In this document: one piece after another, positions 11,173 through 25,153 of the stretch
Layout: the number at the start of each line of letters is the position of its first letter
Position numbering within the stretch: the stretch's first letter is position 1
DNA from: Chrysomallon squamiferum
Lineage: Eukaryota; Animalia; Mollusca
Direction: 5' to 3'
Assembly (NCBI GenBank): GCA_012295275.1
Contig: CM022670.1
Span: 23,126,001-23,190,000, forward strand
Length of the DNA: 64,000 nucleotides
The notes under the pieces: generated by a model
The model's input: the letters and a program-made list of their open reading frames with translations, nothing else
Told to the model about the DNA's origin: nothing
The model's database searches: none
Program-made: the position numbers and the translations under genes

Positions 11173-14100
11173 TAAAGTCCTCTACTTGAATGTCAGGGAC
11201 ATGAGGTCAGCCAGCAATATCCGCTTTGTAATAACATTTTACACTAATCTTACATTTCTTTTTTTTTTTTTTTTTTTAACCCATGTCCAATCAATTTCTA
11301 GGCTAGTTCTTGCTTTTTTTTTTTTTTTTTCATTTTCAAATAAAATGTTCTTTCCTTTTTATGTATTTTTTTTACTGCAAATTAATATTGGAAGCTGTCT
11401 AATAGAGCAGATAATTAGATTATAATTAATCAAAAAGAAATGCTATAAAAAAAAAAAATCAAGAAAAGAAGAAAAAAAGCCTATTAATTCTGATTAAATC
11501 GTTCATTCTACCGTCAGGCATTTCCCAATTACTATAATTTTGCTCTTTCTCTTTTTCTTAAAAGATCTTATGAGTTACAGTAACGATTCATTCAGTCGAA
11601 AGTTAATATTTAAAAAGTACATATAATATATTACAAATAAAACATTTTGTGTATGTGTGTGTGTGTGTGTGTGTTTTGTGTTTTTTTTAAAGAAAGAAAA
11701 AATCTATTTCAAATTGTAAGTGCACAAACATGCACTTTAATGTGTTAGTCTATTATGGCTCTGTAACTAGAGACATGAATTATTCAGTGATTACACATAA
11801 TTATACACTTTTTGTTTCCATTTGCTTTTAAAGAAATTTCAGTACAAATAGATCATCATGCGTCTGCTTAGACTGTAAGATAGTCAAGTATAGACAAAAT
11901 ATTTTTCTCTTGGAGTCTTCATTCGTTGCTGCTAGGTGATTTTGTGCTCGATGCCTTGTATGGTCTTTGATAGATTTGAAACAAGGAGAAAGTATTGATT
12001 AAACTACAAAGATGTTGCCAGTTTACATCTCTAGACAGGAAACATAAGTACACTTAACATTTGCTACAGGGTTTTTCACCCAGATTTTCTGATCTCAAAT
12101 TAGTTTCTGTTCTTTCTTTCTTTTTTATTTTCTTTTTTCTTTTTATTTCCTTTTTTGTTGGAAGGTCAAATTCATTGACAGTTCATTGAACAGAACTATA
12201 TATTTTAATCTGAAAGATTTGTCGTTTATCTTAAGTTCAATACTGTTTGTCCTCTTGAGGTTAAATAGAGGTTTTGCATTTTATTTCTTTATTTTCCGTA
12301 AATACTGTTAAATAGTTAAGTAAAAACAGCTGTAAGTCAGTGATGATATATTGGTCATGTCACAGTTTGATACACTGGAAAATATTTTCTTTTATTTACC
12401 CTTTGCAATTCTTTTTCAGAATTAATATTCTGACTGTGACAAAGTGCCTGCTTGGTTTATTAGTCAAGTTTTTACTAACAAGTTACCTCTGCAGTGATAC
12501 TCGCTGTCAAGAGATCTGGTCTGAGCCATGGTACAAAGCTGGATCAGTTGATAGTATGTCTGACATTCCATGATTTATAAAATACTCAGGAAACTGAACA
12601 CACTTACAGACAGAAGTTTTTACTTGGTTTTAACACACAATGTTCAGAAGTCTCAGAGTATATAAGACTAGCTCAGATTTGAAATAATCATTCAGCTTAC
12701 AGATTAAACATTCATTTTCCTTTCCATTATTCTTTTTTCCTTTTGCTGTGGTGAAGCAGCAGCAGGTTTCTTCTCTAGTATAAACAAAATCATTCAGCTT
12801 ACAAATCACACCTTAATTGCTCATTCCAACGTGGCTTTTATTCCATTTTTATTACCCAAGTTTTAATATTTTCCAAAACATAGTCAGTGAAATGACTGAG
12901 TTGGCTGCTTGCTGCATCTGTTACAAGAAGTGAAAAATTTGCTTTAAACATTTCATGAATACTAATCTATATACTGGCGCCAGGAAAATTAATGAAGTTA
13001 TCTGAAGAACATCCTCTGTGGGAAATAAAAAAATTAATTCATAAATATTTAAAATGAACATTTGTTCAAGTAATATAAAATGCATACTGTAATTGGGGCT
13101 GTAGTGGAATGCATTACTAATTTTGTCATGAAAAAAGAACAGCAAGAGTATGATTATATTAACTAAAAGTAGTGATTTGAATGAGTTCCAGTTCTTCAGT
13201 AAACTGTTTATATCTTTAGACAGGTTTATCTTTTGTCTTAATTTTTTATTACAGTTTAGTCAAAAAAATGCTTATTTTATGCTGTTTGTTGTGATTTGTT
13301 TTTTGTTTTTAATTTAATTTTTAATATATTTTTTTTTTATTTATTCATGTTTCTTTGTTGATTTGTAATTTTTAATTTATTTTTATATATGTTTTTTTTT
13401 TTCAGCTTAGTGGATTAACAAAGAATTTATCAAATATTATGCGCATTTAAATCTAATTTCATTAATATTTTTTGATTCCTAATAAGAAGAAATTGATTTA
13501 ATATAATCCCCATTTTTGTTTTTTTAATATTGTAAGGAAAAAAAAAAAAGAAGAAGAAAAAGAAGAAGAAGAAGAAAGAATAAATAAATAAATAAAAAAA
13601 CATAGATATAAAATAAAACAATATATCACAAACAAAAACCCTAAATGAAGGCCCCTAACTAAAGTATATTAAATTTATTCTCCCCACCCCCATAAATATG
13701 TTGCAGATGCTATGAGACATTATTGTTCAATCATGATATATTTTGAGTGTTTGAAAAACAGGCAATATTTTCTGAACCAGCTTGTTTATGGAATTGAAAT
13801 GGTATGAAATAGTAAAATAATTATGAAAATTAGTGCTAAGATGAGGGCAACAACAATAAAAACAAAACTAGTGTCATTTACATTCTTTTTTCTTTTTTTT
13901 TATGACTTTTAAAATTAAAATCGATTATTTAAGATTTTTTTGGTTGAAAATCCAGGCATGAAAACAATAAATAACTAAACAAATAAAAAGGAGAAAAAAA
14001 AAGATGAAAAATAACGAGAAAATAAACAGTTTATTTCTAACCTTATTTTCAAATGACAACAACATCACTTCCAACAAAAATAACAACAGGAAGCTGATAA

Positions 14101-14362
14101 TGATGATAACTATGATAATAATAATACAAGCGATGAAAATGATTATTTCTAGATGTATTAAGAATACAAAAATCTGTCCTGATTTCTGGAACTAAATACA
14201 AAAGTCCAAATACAGTATCCTGGTCGGTGTTAACATTACTACTGTAAATGAAGAAGTTTGATTTATTTTGTTATTAAATCAAGGTTATGTTATTGTGTTG
14301 CTAAAATGCATCATATACAATTTATACAGTTTTATTACAAAAAAAAAAAAAAAAAAAATAAA

Positions 14363-14425
<63 letters not shown>

Positions 14426-15033
14426 GTCTTGAAGAAAGAAGGCCTATAATTGATTTATTGTATAACAAAGAATATGTAACAGGGAATATAAATACAGGGA
14501 TAATGCTCACAGAAATCTGATACTGCGCTTCATCTAGATATAAAAACTTTAAAAAAACAAACAAAAAAAAAAAGCAACAAGAAAACAAGAAGAAAATCAA
14601 TACCACTGAAGAAAACAGTACCTTATATTGGCTAATTTTTTCACCATAGTCAATAATCTTGTATGGGAATATTATCTAAAGATATCTGTCTCTGAAGAAA
14701 AACACATATTATTAAGGCAAAACAAAAGAGTACTTATCTTTCTGTAGTATTTAATTATTTTTATTTTTATTTTTATTTTTCATCAAATGCTTTTGACAAA
14801 AATAAATTTCATATTAACATTATATTCTTACAAAATCTTTTAATTATTACTAAGCTTGACAAAAAAATACAGACAATAATTTCTGTATTTTTTTAATCGT
14901 TTTTGCTAGCTATATCAAACATCTTATTATAGAAAAGAAAATAAATTTAGAATGTCAAGAATAAAATAAACTGAACAGTCCTGTCTACTGGCATTCTTTA
15001 TTTTTTATTGTTGTAATAAAATATTTAAAATAA

Positions 15034-15065
<32 letters not shown>

Positions 15066-17248
15066 ATTGTTGCCCTGTTTAATGTAACTGTCATTTGTTA
15101 GGCTTAACTGTGAAAGACTGTTCAGTTAGTCACGTTCTCTTTATGTCCTCTTTAGATGAATCTCCCTACTTTTTTACAGAATTGTGGGTGGAATGATGGT
15201 AATGAATCACTCTAATAGCTGTCAGTTTCACGTTTGTGTTTTATGCCAAGATTCAGAATTAGGTTCAACAACCGTGGTGTTTGCATAACAAAAGAAAACA
15301 AAAACGATGAAGTTTTTATCTTTTTTAAACACTTCAACAAGCAAAAAAACAAATCAGTCTGTTTGAAAGGAACTTAATTCTACTGAATATTCATGCTCAC
15401 CAGACTCTGGCACAATACAGAAGTCTGTGCTGTCAAGCTTAAAGAGTGTGAAGTATTTATTACAGAGAAAAAAAAAAAAAACGTAATCAATTATTTTTGG
15501 ACAGGAAAGAAAGAAATATTTTATTTAATGATACACATTTTTAATCTATGATTGTTGGGAATTAATCATTTGGATAAGTTCCAGAAAAATAGAAAACCAA
15601 TCTGAAGGGCTACTTTTTATTTTATTTTATTTTTTTTACTTGAGAGAAACATAATTTCATAAGAATATTGTACTTATCTTCATAATTATGAAGCACGAGG
15701 TTTAAGAGGAAAGTGCTAACTGGGAATGATGATCCTGCCATTGATCATGCAGTAGACTCTTGAATAAAATCTAAAATAGGACAAATTACCCTTAGTATCA
15801 CATTGCATGCTGATATAATATATCTTTCTAAAATCTCATTTCAGTTTGTGATTAACATATGTAATTATTTTATTAAGGCCTCAGAAAGGAAATGCCTCAG
15901 TGTGAAATTTTACAGTTTTCAGAATCTCTGCAAACAAACAGTGTCTTAGTATGTACAAAAATCAATATTAATCTACGTGAAGATTTACTTTCTATCAATT
16001 AACTGACTCTGAAAATTTACACTTTAAAAGCAGAGGTGAATAATGAACCAGTGTTTGGATGGAGTTCTCCATGTGAAAGGTCAAACCATTGACATGAATC
16101 TACTAACTAGAACGTGAAACCTTTGACTCTGACAGGTTTGTAAAGAGAACAGAAATTTTCATTAGCACACACTGATATAACTTACAACAAGGTTTGCCCT
16201 AAACTTTATTGCCTGGTATAGTCAAATTCTTTAGAATGGAGATGGTGTAAAGGCACCATAGGAGGAAATTAGCATTGATTACATTCTCATTTTAAAGCTA
16301 TTTGGTCAAATGGTGATTGGTCAATATCTATTTTAACTGACCAAATTTAATTCTAAAACTGTTAGGCTGTTACTTGAGAAAATGGAAAATTGTCTTCTAA
16401 AAGAAGAAAGGGTATTGACCTTTGAAATTTGATGATAAAACCTTTGGAAAATGCCAGCTTATCAATAAAAAACAAATTTGAGAATTTGATCAGTGTAATT
16501 GCTATAGCAATCTGATTTCCAAACAGTTCACTTAACTGAAATGATATTTTGTTTTATTTAATTATAGCAGAAAAACAGAAAGCTGCAATGCCTTGGTATT
16601 AAAATTTTAGAAATTTTGTAGTCAAACATTATTTTTTCATATAGCATAACTGTTTTATTAATTATATTTGAATAAGTTTACAATGAATTATAACAATTTA
16701 AAGCAACAGTTCTAAGCAGATTATATCCCCCCCCAAAAAAAAACATACACAAAAACAACAACCAAACCAAACAAACAAAAACAACATCACATTTATTACC
16801 TTCAACCAAAATCTAAGTCTAAGCTGTGGCCCAGACAATAATTTTGATCCTGATATTTTCAAATTATCTTTGTTACATTTATTTCACCTTATAACCTTAT
16901 TTAAAATTTTAACAAATTTTATATTTTTATTTTATTATTATAAATTATTAGTTTTTTGGGGGTTTTTTCAAACAGAAATGAAACCATTCTATTATTATTA
17001 TTTAATATTCTTCTTCTTCCTTTTTAATTTAATTTTTGTTTTCTTTCAATCATTTATTCCTGTTGTTTTATTATTTCTAATACTGGAAAATATGTATGCG
17101 CTGAATGTTAAATTCTCTTCTGTAGTTTATAACTTGCCTCTCTTGGGTTGGAATTTTTCAGTCTCCATCAGACACTGATAGATTTTGTATTCGTGACTCG
17201 AGGAATAGAAAACCAACACGAGTGACACCTTATCACTGAGTCCGCAAA

Positions 17249-17295
17249 AACGACACCACCTTTCGAAACCTTTAACTCTGATCTTTATGAACTCC
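17249..17295 (+). promoter_or_regulatory. Intronic inverted complement of Kv2 exon positions 18700-18744 (candidate ECS)
   Basis: aacgacaccacctttcgaaacctttaactctgatctttatgaactcc against exon reverse complement aacgaaaccgcctttcgaaactttaactttggttttatgaactcc. Confidence 0.8.
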
Positions 17296-18133
17296 GTTTT
17301 TCAAAAACCTTTTAGTTACATAGATATAAATTTTTCTTAATCCTTGAATGAGAGATTATTCTGGAAAGAACATTTCGACCCATTGATAATTTATCTGGTG
17401 TTTTTAATTATCTTGCATCCACTGGGTGTGAAAGAAAGTGAGTAACATTGCACAATCTTTGACAAATTATCTGTGAACACTACTGTACTTTACTTCATCT
17501 TTTTTCTTCTTTTTTTAAAAAAAACAACAACAAAAAAACCTTTAGTAATTCTTTAACAGGTACAAGTAATAAATACATTTTTATCTAATGACAATTGCAG
17601 ATTCTCTCACTTCATGAGACAGATTTCAACAGAAATTGTTCATCTTCTCCTTCCTTGCCATTGGTATGCAGAATAGTAAAGTAAAAACAAACAACAACCA
17701 AAAACAAAATCATAAAAAGGAAAAAGGAAAAGAAAAAGAAAAAGAAAAGGAAAACACTAGAATTCCTTAGTATATTTAATTTTTAAAAAAGAAAAAGAAA
17801 AAGACAAATATTAATTTAAAATATTAAATTATAAGTGTCTGTGGAGAACAAAAGTATTTGATTTTTGTTCATAAATTTCAGAATGATTAAAACTTTCCTT
17901 TTGTACTGTCCTCCATTATTTTGGGTTTTTTAATGTAATAATTTTTAAAATGGAAATTGGTAACAGATACATGCATAGATTTAATAAGTTATTTATAACT
18001 GCACATTCGCTGGGACATTATGTATTCAATTGCAATGTTTTTCAGTGTGATCATACTGTTTGTTGTTTATGCAGTTGAAACTGTATTAATAACTACATTA
18101 CATTAATTGCTGTGATTTCTTTATTGAATTTAG

Positions 18134-18824
18134 GGTAGGTATGACCCAGTGCTGCCAGATAAAAGTTGCATCGAAATGAAACAGCTTCACCGCCAAACGA
18201 GCTCAACTAGCACAGACACATATGCCAGCTGCACGACCCACCCCCAGGACAGTCCCTCCAATCTGGCTCAGCCCATCACCACTGACAGTCCCAAACACAA
18301 TCTCTATGTGAACCCTCTTGACGCCCCTTCTCGACTGTCTAACCCTCCTCAGTCACACTGCCCACCGTTTCATGGCCATTTCAACGATTTGCATGAGTAT
18401 TACAATAGCCAGCAGCAAGAGACTGGATTTAACAGACCGAGTGTTCAGTTCTGCCCTAACCAAGTTGTTCAGAAACTTGACAGTGGCTTGACGACGACAT
18501 GGGAGTGTGAGAATCTCGTACCCAATCCTTCACCGACAAGTGACTCGGGAGGTGTGGTGAGGCAGCTCCGCCCGACTCTGCCTCCTCCAAAGAAATCCAG
18601 CTTTAAACGATACAAATCATTATCCGTGGAGAAACATCCGCGGTTCGCAGATATCATTAATGAGAGAAACTGTTCTTCCACGGACAATCTCCATTCTCAG
18701 GAGTTCATAAAACCAAAGTTAAAGTTTCGAAAGGCGGTTTCGTTGGCAAATCGTCTGCATGCAAGCAGTCCATCAACAGGCAGGAGGCTTGCCAACTATC
18801 ACCTTATAGCAAACACAAAATCAG
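18134..18824 (+). CDS. Shab: Kv2 C-terminal exon containing a PRC/FFAT-like motif
   Basis: Acceptor tttag|GGT in phase 0 matches the previous exon; donor TCAG|gtaaga is phase 1. Open, GC-elevated, Ser/Pro-rich frame (ORF 18149-19036). Confidence 0.85.
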
Positions 18825-21558
18825 GTAAGACTTTAGTTATGTCCTTGAGAACCAATCAACAAGGCACAATGTGCATGATTTATGCTTCAGTTTATGTTAA
18901 TTTTAATTTATTAATGTGTGGTGGGAATTTATTAATATTATTATTACTCCCCTTGTCATTCCTGTATTCAACTGCACAGAAATCTTTGTTAGAGTTAAAA
19001 CACCCACACACAATCAATCTGCATGGTTTTAATTAGTTTTGGGTGGAGTATAAACACTCCTGGTTTTATAATTAATATTTCAAATTAAGGATAATACAGT
19101 ATTCATCTACTGTAATGAAATTAGATATTAAATCAAATAACATTCTGAATATTTTACTGAAATCATATCAGTCACTACTGATACACTGAATAGAAAATAT
19201 ATTGGGTTTTTTCTTTTCCTTTTTAAATCAATATGTCAACTACATAATGTAATAATTTACTCTAAGACATTACTAATAGATTTTGTCTTTGTCTGATGGT
19301 TTGTATTCAAGTTAGGTCTTAATAACTTAAGTCTCTAGCTCAACCAAGACCATAAAATACACTCTGTTAACAGTATTCCTCACTCTGCTGGAAAAAGTAT
19401 ATAAAGATTTTTTTGCTCTTAATAATTAAGATTAGTCTTAGAGATGATGACAGCAGGATTCCTGTCTTAGATTTTATCACTGCAGCAGTTCTTATCAAAT
19501 AAAAATATGATGTGGTCTTGTTCAAATCATTTTTTTGGTCTTTTTTGAAATTGTTTTCTAATGATTCATATCAAATATATATAAATACTTATTAATACTA
19601 CTACAAATACTACTACTGATAAGTAAACTTGTGTGCATTATTATCTTAAAACATCACTTGACAAGATAGCCACATTTAAATATTCCACTAAATACTATTT
19701 ATACACAATAGACATATATCAGTATGAAATTCTGCACAACATTAAACCGTGTATGGTATTTTCTTAAATTATTTATTTGTTAATTAAATCATTATCAAAT
19801 TACAGATTCCGGAAACAATTTTACAGCCAAATAAAAATTTGTTTTTATGTTTAAGTAAGAAAACAGTTTCAAACGTTTTTTTTTTTAAATTCTCTCAGTT
19901 CTATCAAATCATAATTTTATAATTTTTTAAAATAATTATTGATTATCAAACAAAACAGTCCATAACCTTAAAACAACAACAACAAACAAACAAAACCTCT
20001 TTGAAGAAACACCAGACTATTTATTCTATTGAGAAAAACAGATTTTCTAGACTTTCCAAATATTGGTGCCATTATCACTTTTTCTATGCTATGAAACACT
20101 TCACTAAGCATCCAAAACCACAACAAGCAGGCAGCACAATTTCCTTAATTCCACATTTGCATCAGTTTCTAGTTCTCAAAGATGGGTAGCTTTTCTGCAC
20201 CATTAAACAAAATCCATATGTCTAAATGCCAGAAGAAACTGTCAAAACACTGGTAACATGATCTATGGATTTATGAAATATTAATAAATCACATTCATCT
20301 AATTCTTTATTCTAAAATTTATTTTTGGAAATTAACTTTGTTTTCTTTCTTTTCCAAACAAGAATAGAAAAAAAAAAAAAAAAAAGAATACAAAATTTAA
20401 TGATTTGTGAAATTGTTCCAAAATTAATTCATGATGAAAGAATAGTGAAATGAAGAAGAAGAAAAAAATATTATGAACATACATACTTTAATAAATGACA
20501 GAGATGACAAATATTGACTCTTTTTTTGTTACATGTAATTTAAATTTTAAATAGCCAAGTTGAAAATGTTAAAAAAAAATTTAAAAAAATAAAAATAAAA
20601 CAATAAAAAAAATATTGAAAATAATAAATAAATAAATAAATAAGTAAATAAATAAATAAATAAATAATTAAACAATTTGCATTTTGACATTTCCAAATTC
20701 ATTCAGTGGATTATTCATATTATTTTTATTATAGATATATATGTATGTATAATTCATTTAGCATTAAATTTAATCGTTTGTTTAGTTCAGATTTTAAAAA
20801 CATCAGTATTAACAAAATGAGCTGATTTATCTATTCCTTTATTTCTTGTTTAATAGGAAATAATTCAGTTTCTTTTGTTAAATTTGGAAATCTATGAAAT
20901 TTTCATAATATTATTTTATTTTATTTTATTTAAATATCTACTTCATGCGACCAGTAACACGTTTTTAAAACATATTTTACATAGGACAAATGCAATCTGA
21001 ATTTTGTCCATTCAAAAATATATATTATCTTGTATTGTACAAAAAAAAAAATGGAGGACATTAAATAACAATAACAACAACATTACTGCTAAAAAAGTTC
21101 CTTTCATTTAAAAAAAAAAAAAAAATTATTTATATAAATCTCTTTCTCTGTGTTACACAACCTGTAAAAAAGAACCATTATGAAAAAGATAGTTCCTTTA
21201 TGAAGATTACAAAACAGAATTAAGTTCTAAAGAGTGGTCACAAGTGAAATCATGTAGAAAATAATTACAAGAGAATCTGAATTACTAATTTCTTAATGTT
21301 TTTCATTTGACCTGAATCATTATATACTTATCTAAAAATTTAAACAAGATCCTTTGTTTAGCTTTCCTTTTTCTGTTCTATTTAAAATAATTATGTAAAG
21401 AATATATATTATTTAACAGGAGACATAAAATGAACTACATTTTGTGGACTAATGTTGACCATTAATTCATTCATCCACAACTCTGATATCACACTTAGTT
21501 TCCAAACTTTAGTTCCCACTCCAGGGTTAAACTGCACGTTTGATGTAATTAGATTTTT

Positions 21559-21591
<33 letters not shown>

Positions 21592-24353
21592 CATCATTAA
21601 CTTTGCATTCCTCACCAAATTATCTTGCAGATGAAACTTTTCTACTCAACTGAAGAGGTGAGTGGTGTAATTCGCAAGGAAGGGCGCTTCATGTAATGAC
21701 AGAGCACATGCACTGGTGTGACCTGCACAAGAGCAAGTAGTAAAAAAATTCCCCCAACCCAAAATGGAGCACCAGCTAATAAATTAACTTTTATTTCATT
21801 TTTTTTTTTTTAAACAAAAAAACAAAACAAAAAAACATTATATGTAATCATAATTGCATGTAAAACAAATGTATGTGTAAATCATGGTATATGTATGCAT
21901 ATATACCATGTTAAGGACAAATTAACTAATTTTTCATAATAAACAAATACTTTTACAAACAAAACTATATTGACATAAGCTCTGCAGTTCACCAGGGTAT
22001 TTTGGCTTGTTTCAAACTCCTGCGAACTAAATGTGCTTTTGGCTTCATTCGTCTAGTGTACTGGTCAAGCTGTAGTATGCCTTGTGAATATTCATGGGCT
22101 TTTTTTTACATCACAGTTGCGCTCCGGTTCATTGTTGTAGTTCTTTAGAACACCCCTGCCCACCTCCCCCTCTCTGCTTGACCATGTCTTTCCCTCACTT
22201 CCACAGCCGTTCACCTCTGCTTTTGTGATGGTCACACCAGTCCAGCGGTCCACCTCCCCTGTCCACCCGCCCAGCCAGTCCACCCTGACACCATACTTGC
22301 TTTACCACTAATGTCTTATATATATGTAGTTAATATAATACATTTTCAAAAATGATTATTAATTGCTGATCATTGATGTTATTGTATTCTGAAAAACGGA
22401 AATATAATAAAGTCATTTGTATCAGAAAAGAACAGAGCTGACATTAAGTAAGCTAAATTCATAATGAGAGCATTTCTCATGTTTAAAAATTGTTAAATTA
22501 CTAACATGAGTGAAATAGATTAACATGATGACAAATCCAGAAAAAGTTAATATAAAAATTTAATTCAAAGAAAAATAAATTTGGTGTGAATTATAAAAAA
22601 GTTTTAAATCATTGAACACTTGAATTCAATTTCTCAATTATTAATTATCATTTTTTAATTTGCATAGTAATAAAAGAAATGTAGCTATGCTAAGTAGTGC
22701 AGTTTTGTGTAGTGTTGCTTAAAATAATTAAAATAAAAACAAACAGTATTCCACTTTTCAGTACTTTATGACTTTGGACATCGATGGTGGGTCAGACACA
22801 AATTATTAAATAAAATATTTGTTATTCACAAACTAAAATAGATATATTAAATTAATAGTGCTTCCTTTGCTTTGAAAAAACATTCCGCATAGAATGAGAG
22901 ATCTATCACATTGATTCAGATATTTGACTTCAGCAAATTAGCATTTTTATACATAATCTTTCAGCAGACTTTTTATGTATAATTTCATATTCATTCAACA
23001 AGATAATCTAATATCCTTTCTTCATTTTCTGTTTTTTTTCTGTTACTTTTCAATTTTCTTAATTTTAGAAACTTTGCAAATGTATTAAGTAAATAATACA
23101 TGGGGATCAAACAGATATTTAGCAGTTTTTATGTTTGTAAAAACAATTAGTTTAATTATTTTCTTTAATAAGGCATTCAGTGTTTTAGAATAATGCAAAA
23201 TAACTATGAGCAACAGGTTTGTAAAACTTTAAAACAAATTTATTTATTTATGTATTTATTTATTTATTATATTTTTTATGCATGTTATGCAAATTCAGTG
23301 TACATGTTTCTTACTCTGTTGAAACTATAATTAATTTTTTCTGTACTGACTATCTTAATACTAGGAATTTTGTTTTTAGTGTAAAGTTATCTCAAGATTG
23401 TCAGGAATCTAGTTTGGCCACAGATGGTTAATCAAAAACTGAAATCTCTTACTGCTAACTGATAGAAACACCTTGCAGAGTGACATCAGCTTATCAGCAT
23501 AGTACAAATTCATATATTCTGCAATTAATAATAGTTGTCAGTACAAATTAATTCACAGTTTTGTTAAATAATCATTCAATCTTTGACAAGTGGTAAAAAT
23601 GTTTATCATTTACATTGAATTAACATCTCATTTTCTTTATTATTAATTGCACGTTTGAGTTGATACAAATTGTACCAGATCCTCTGAGACTGAAAATGTT
23701 GTACCTGTTCTGGCCTAACATCTTATGTCCCTTCCTTTTTGTCCATCCTCTCATCTTCATTGGTATTAACAAGGTGAAGGAGGAATTCCACAAAATGTAT
23801 TTCTGTCATAAAGTTATTGTACCTTTTGCTATATGAAATATTTGGTGTCTGTTGTTTAAAGCAATGATGTTGTTTATGAATGTACTTACTTGAAATTTTT
23901 CTTCAGATTAAAAACAAAACGGAAGAAAAATAAAGAAACTTAGAATCATTTCGCATAATTTAAATGACTGTATTTGTTTATTTTGATTAAATCATATATA
24001 TATATATTTAAATTTTAAAAATATTTTTTTTTGTTTTGTTGCAGTAATAATTTTTTTGAAGACTTGTTTTATTGAAGTTTTAATTTTATATCATATATTA
24101 TATATACATATATAATTTAATGATTATTAAAATTATTACAGTTTTGTATCTCTGGAAATTGAGCTTAATCTGATATCTTCATTTTAACTAGAAATATTTA
24201 TAATTTAATATACATATCACAGTATTTGTTTGACATTTATGTCACAGTTTTTTTTTATCATTGCTTTAAAAAATAACTAATAATAAGAATAATAATACAA
24301 AAAATATTTAACATTACTTGTCAGTTAAATCTCATTTCTTTGTTTATTTACAG

Positions 24354-25153
24354 GTTCTCTACCAAACAGCAGACACAACTTGGACCAGGTAAAACACGAA
24401 AAGCTGTCTCCTGTCCAGCGATCTAGTCCATGTCTGTTTGAACCTTCACCTGCTAAAAAAAGATCTATTTCAAAAAGAGATGCTTATGACTGTGAAGAAA
24501 CTGAGAACCTTCTTCTGGCTGCTTGCAGCCACGGTGAGTGTCCAGAGGTCACGCTTTCTGCCCGGAATGGAACTATTTGTGATAACAGTATATACTCTAA
24601 TTCAAAACTGCAGTACCCGAACAGTATCCCCAAACAGACTGCCACGCAATCAGGTGACCAAATTCAACCCACCACTCTAAAGTTCACGAACATCGAAGGT
24701 CCTGAGGATGACCATCAGCTGTTCTCACTGGGCAGTCCTGATCGATCAGAAGAGGACGTTGAGTTCAGTGACAGCATGGCGAATCATGCCAAAAACACCT
24801 TGCTGTGGAAAGCCAATCGTACGAGGCCGATGACATCACCAATGTACGACACAAGCCCGTCAGACAATTTGGAAAATGATGACAGTCTAATTTATTCAAA
24901 TTCTGCTGATTATTCTGCTTTCTCAGACTCCAGTCTTTCTGACCCAAATCTTCTGCGGTCTTCCCCATCAAGTGACCTGGTCAGTCGAACTGGGGGGAGT
25001 CGAACAAGTGGAGAGGACCACACAGTGAGTGTGTATGACACAGCTGAATCAGGGCCTCCAGACAGTGATTCTAACATGGACAGCACTGTTAATGTGATTT
25101 CCTCAGACGACAGTAGAGATCTGACTATAGTGTTTCCTGATTCTAGTGGATAG
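24354..25153 (+). CDS. Shab: Kv2 terminal coding exon
   Basis: Acceptor tttacag|GT completes the phase-1 Gly codon and continues in the frame of ORF 24380-25153 to TAG. Ser/Asp-rich tail. Confidence 0.8.

Noticed and set aside
18825-19036. Hydrophobic extension of ORF 18149-19036
   Set aside because: Follows a strong gtaaga donor and turns AT-rich; most likely intron.
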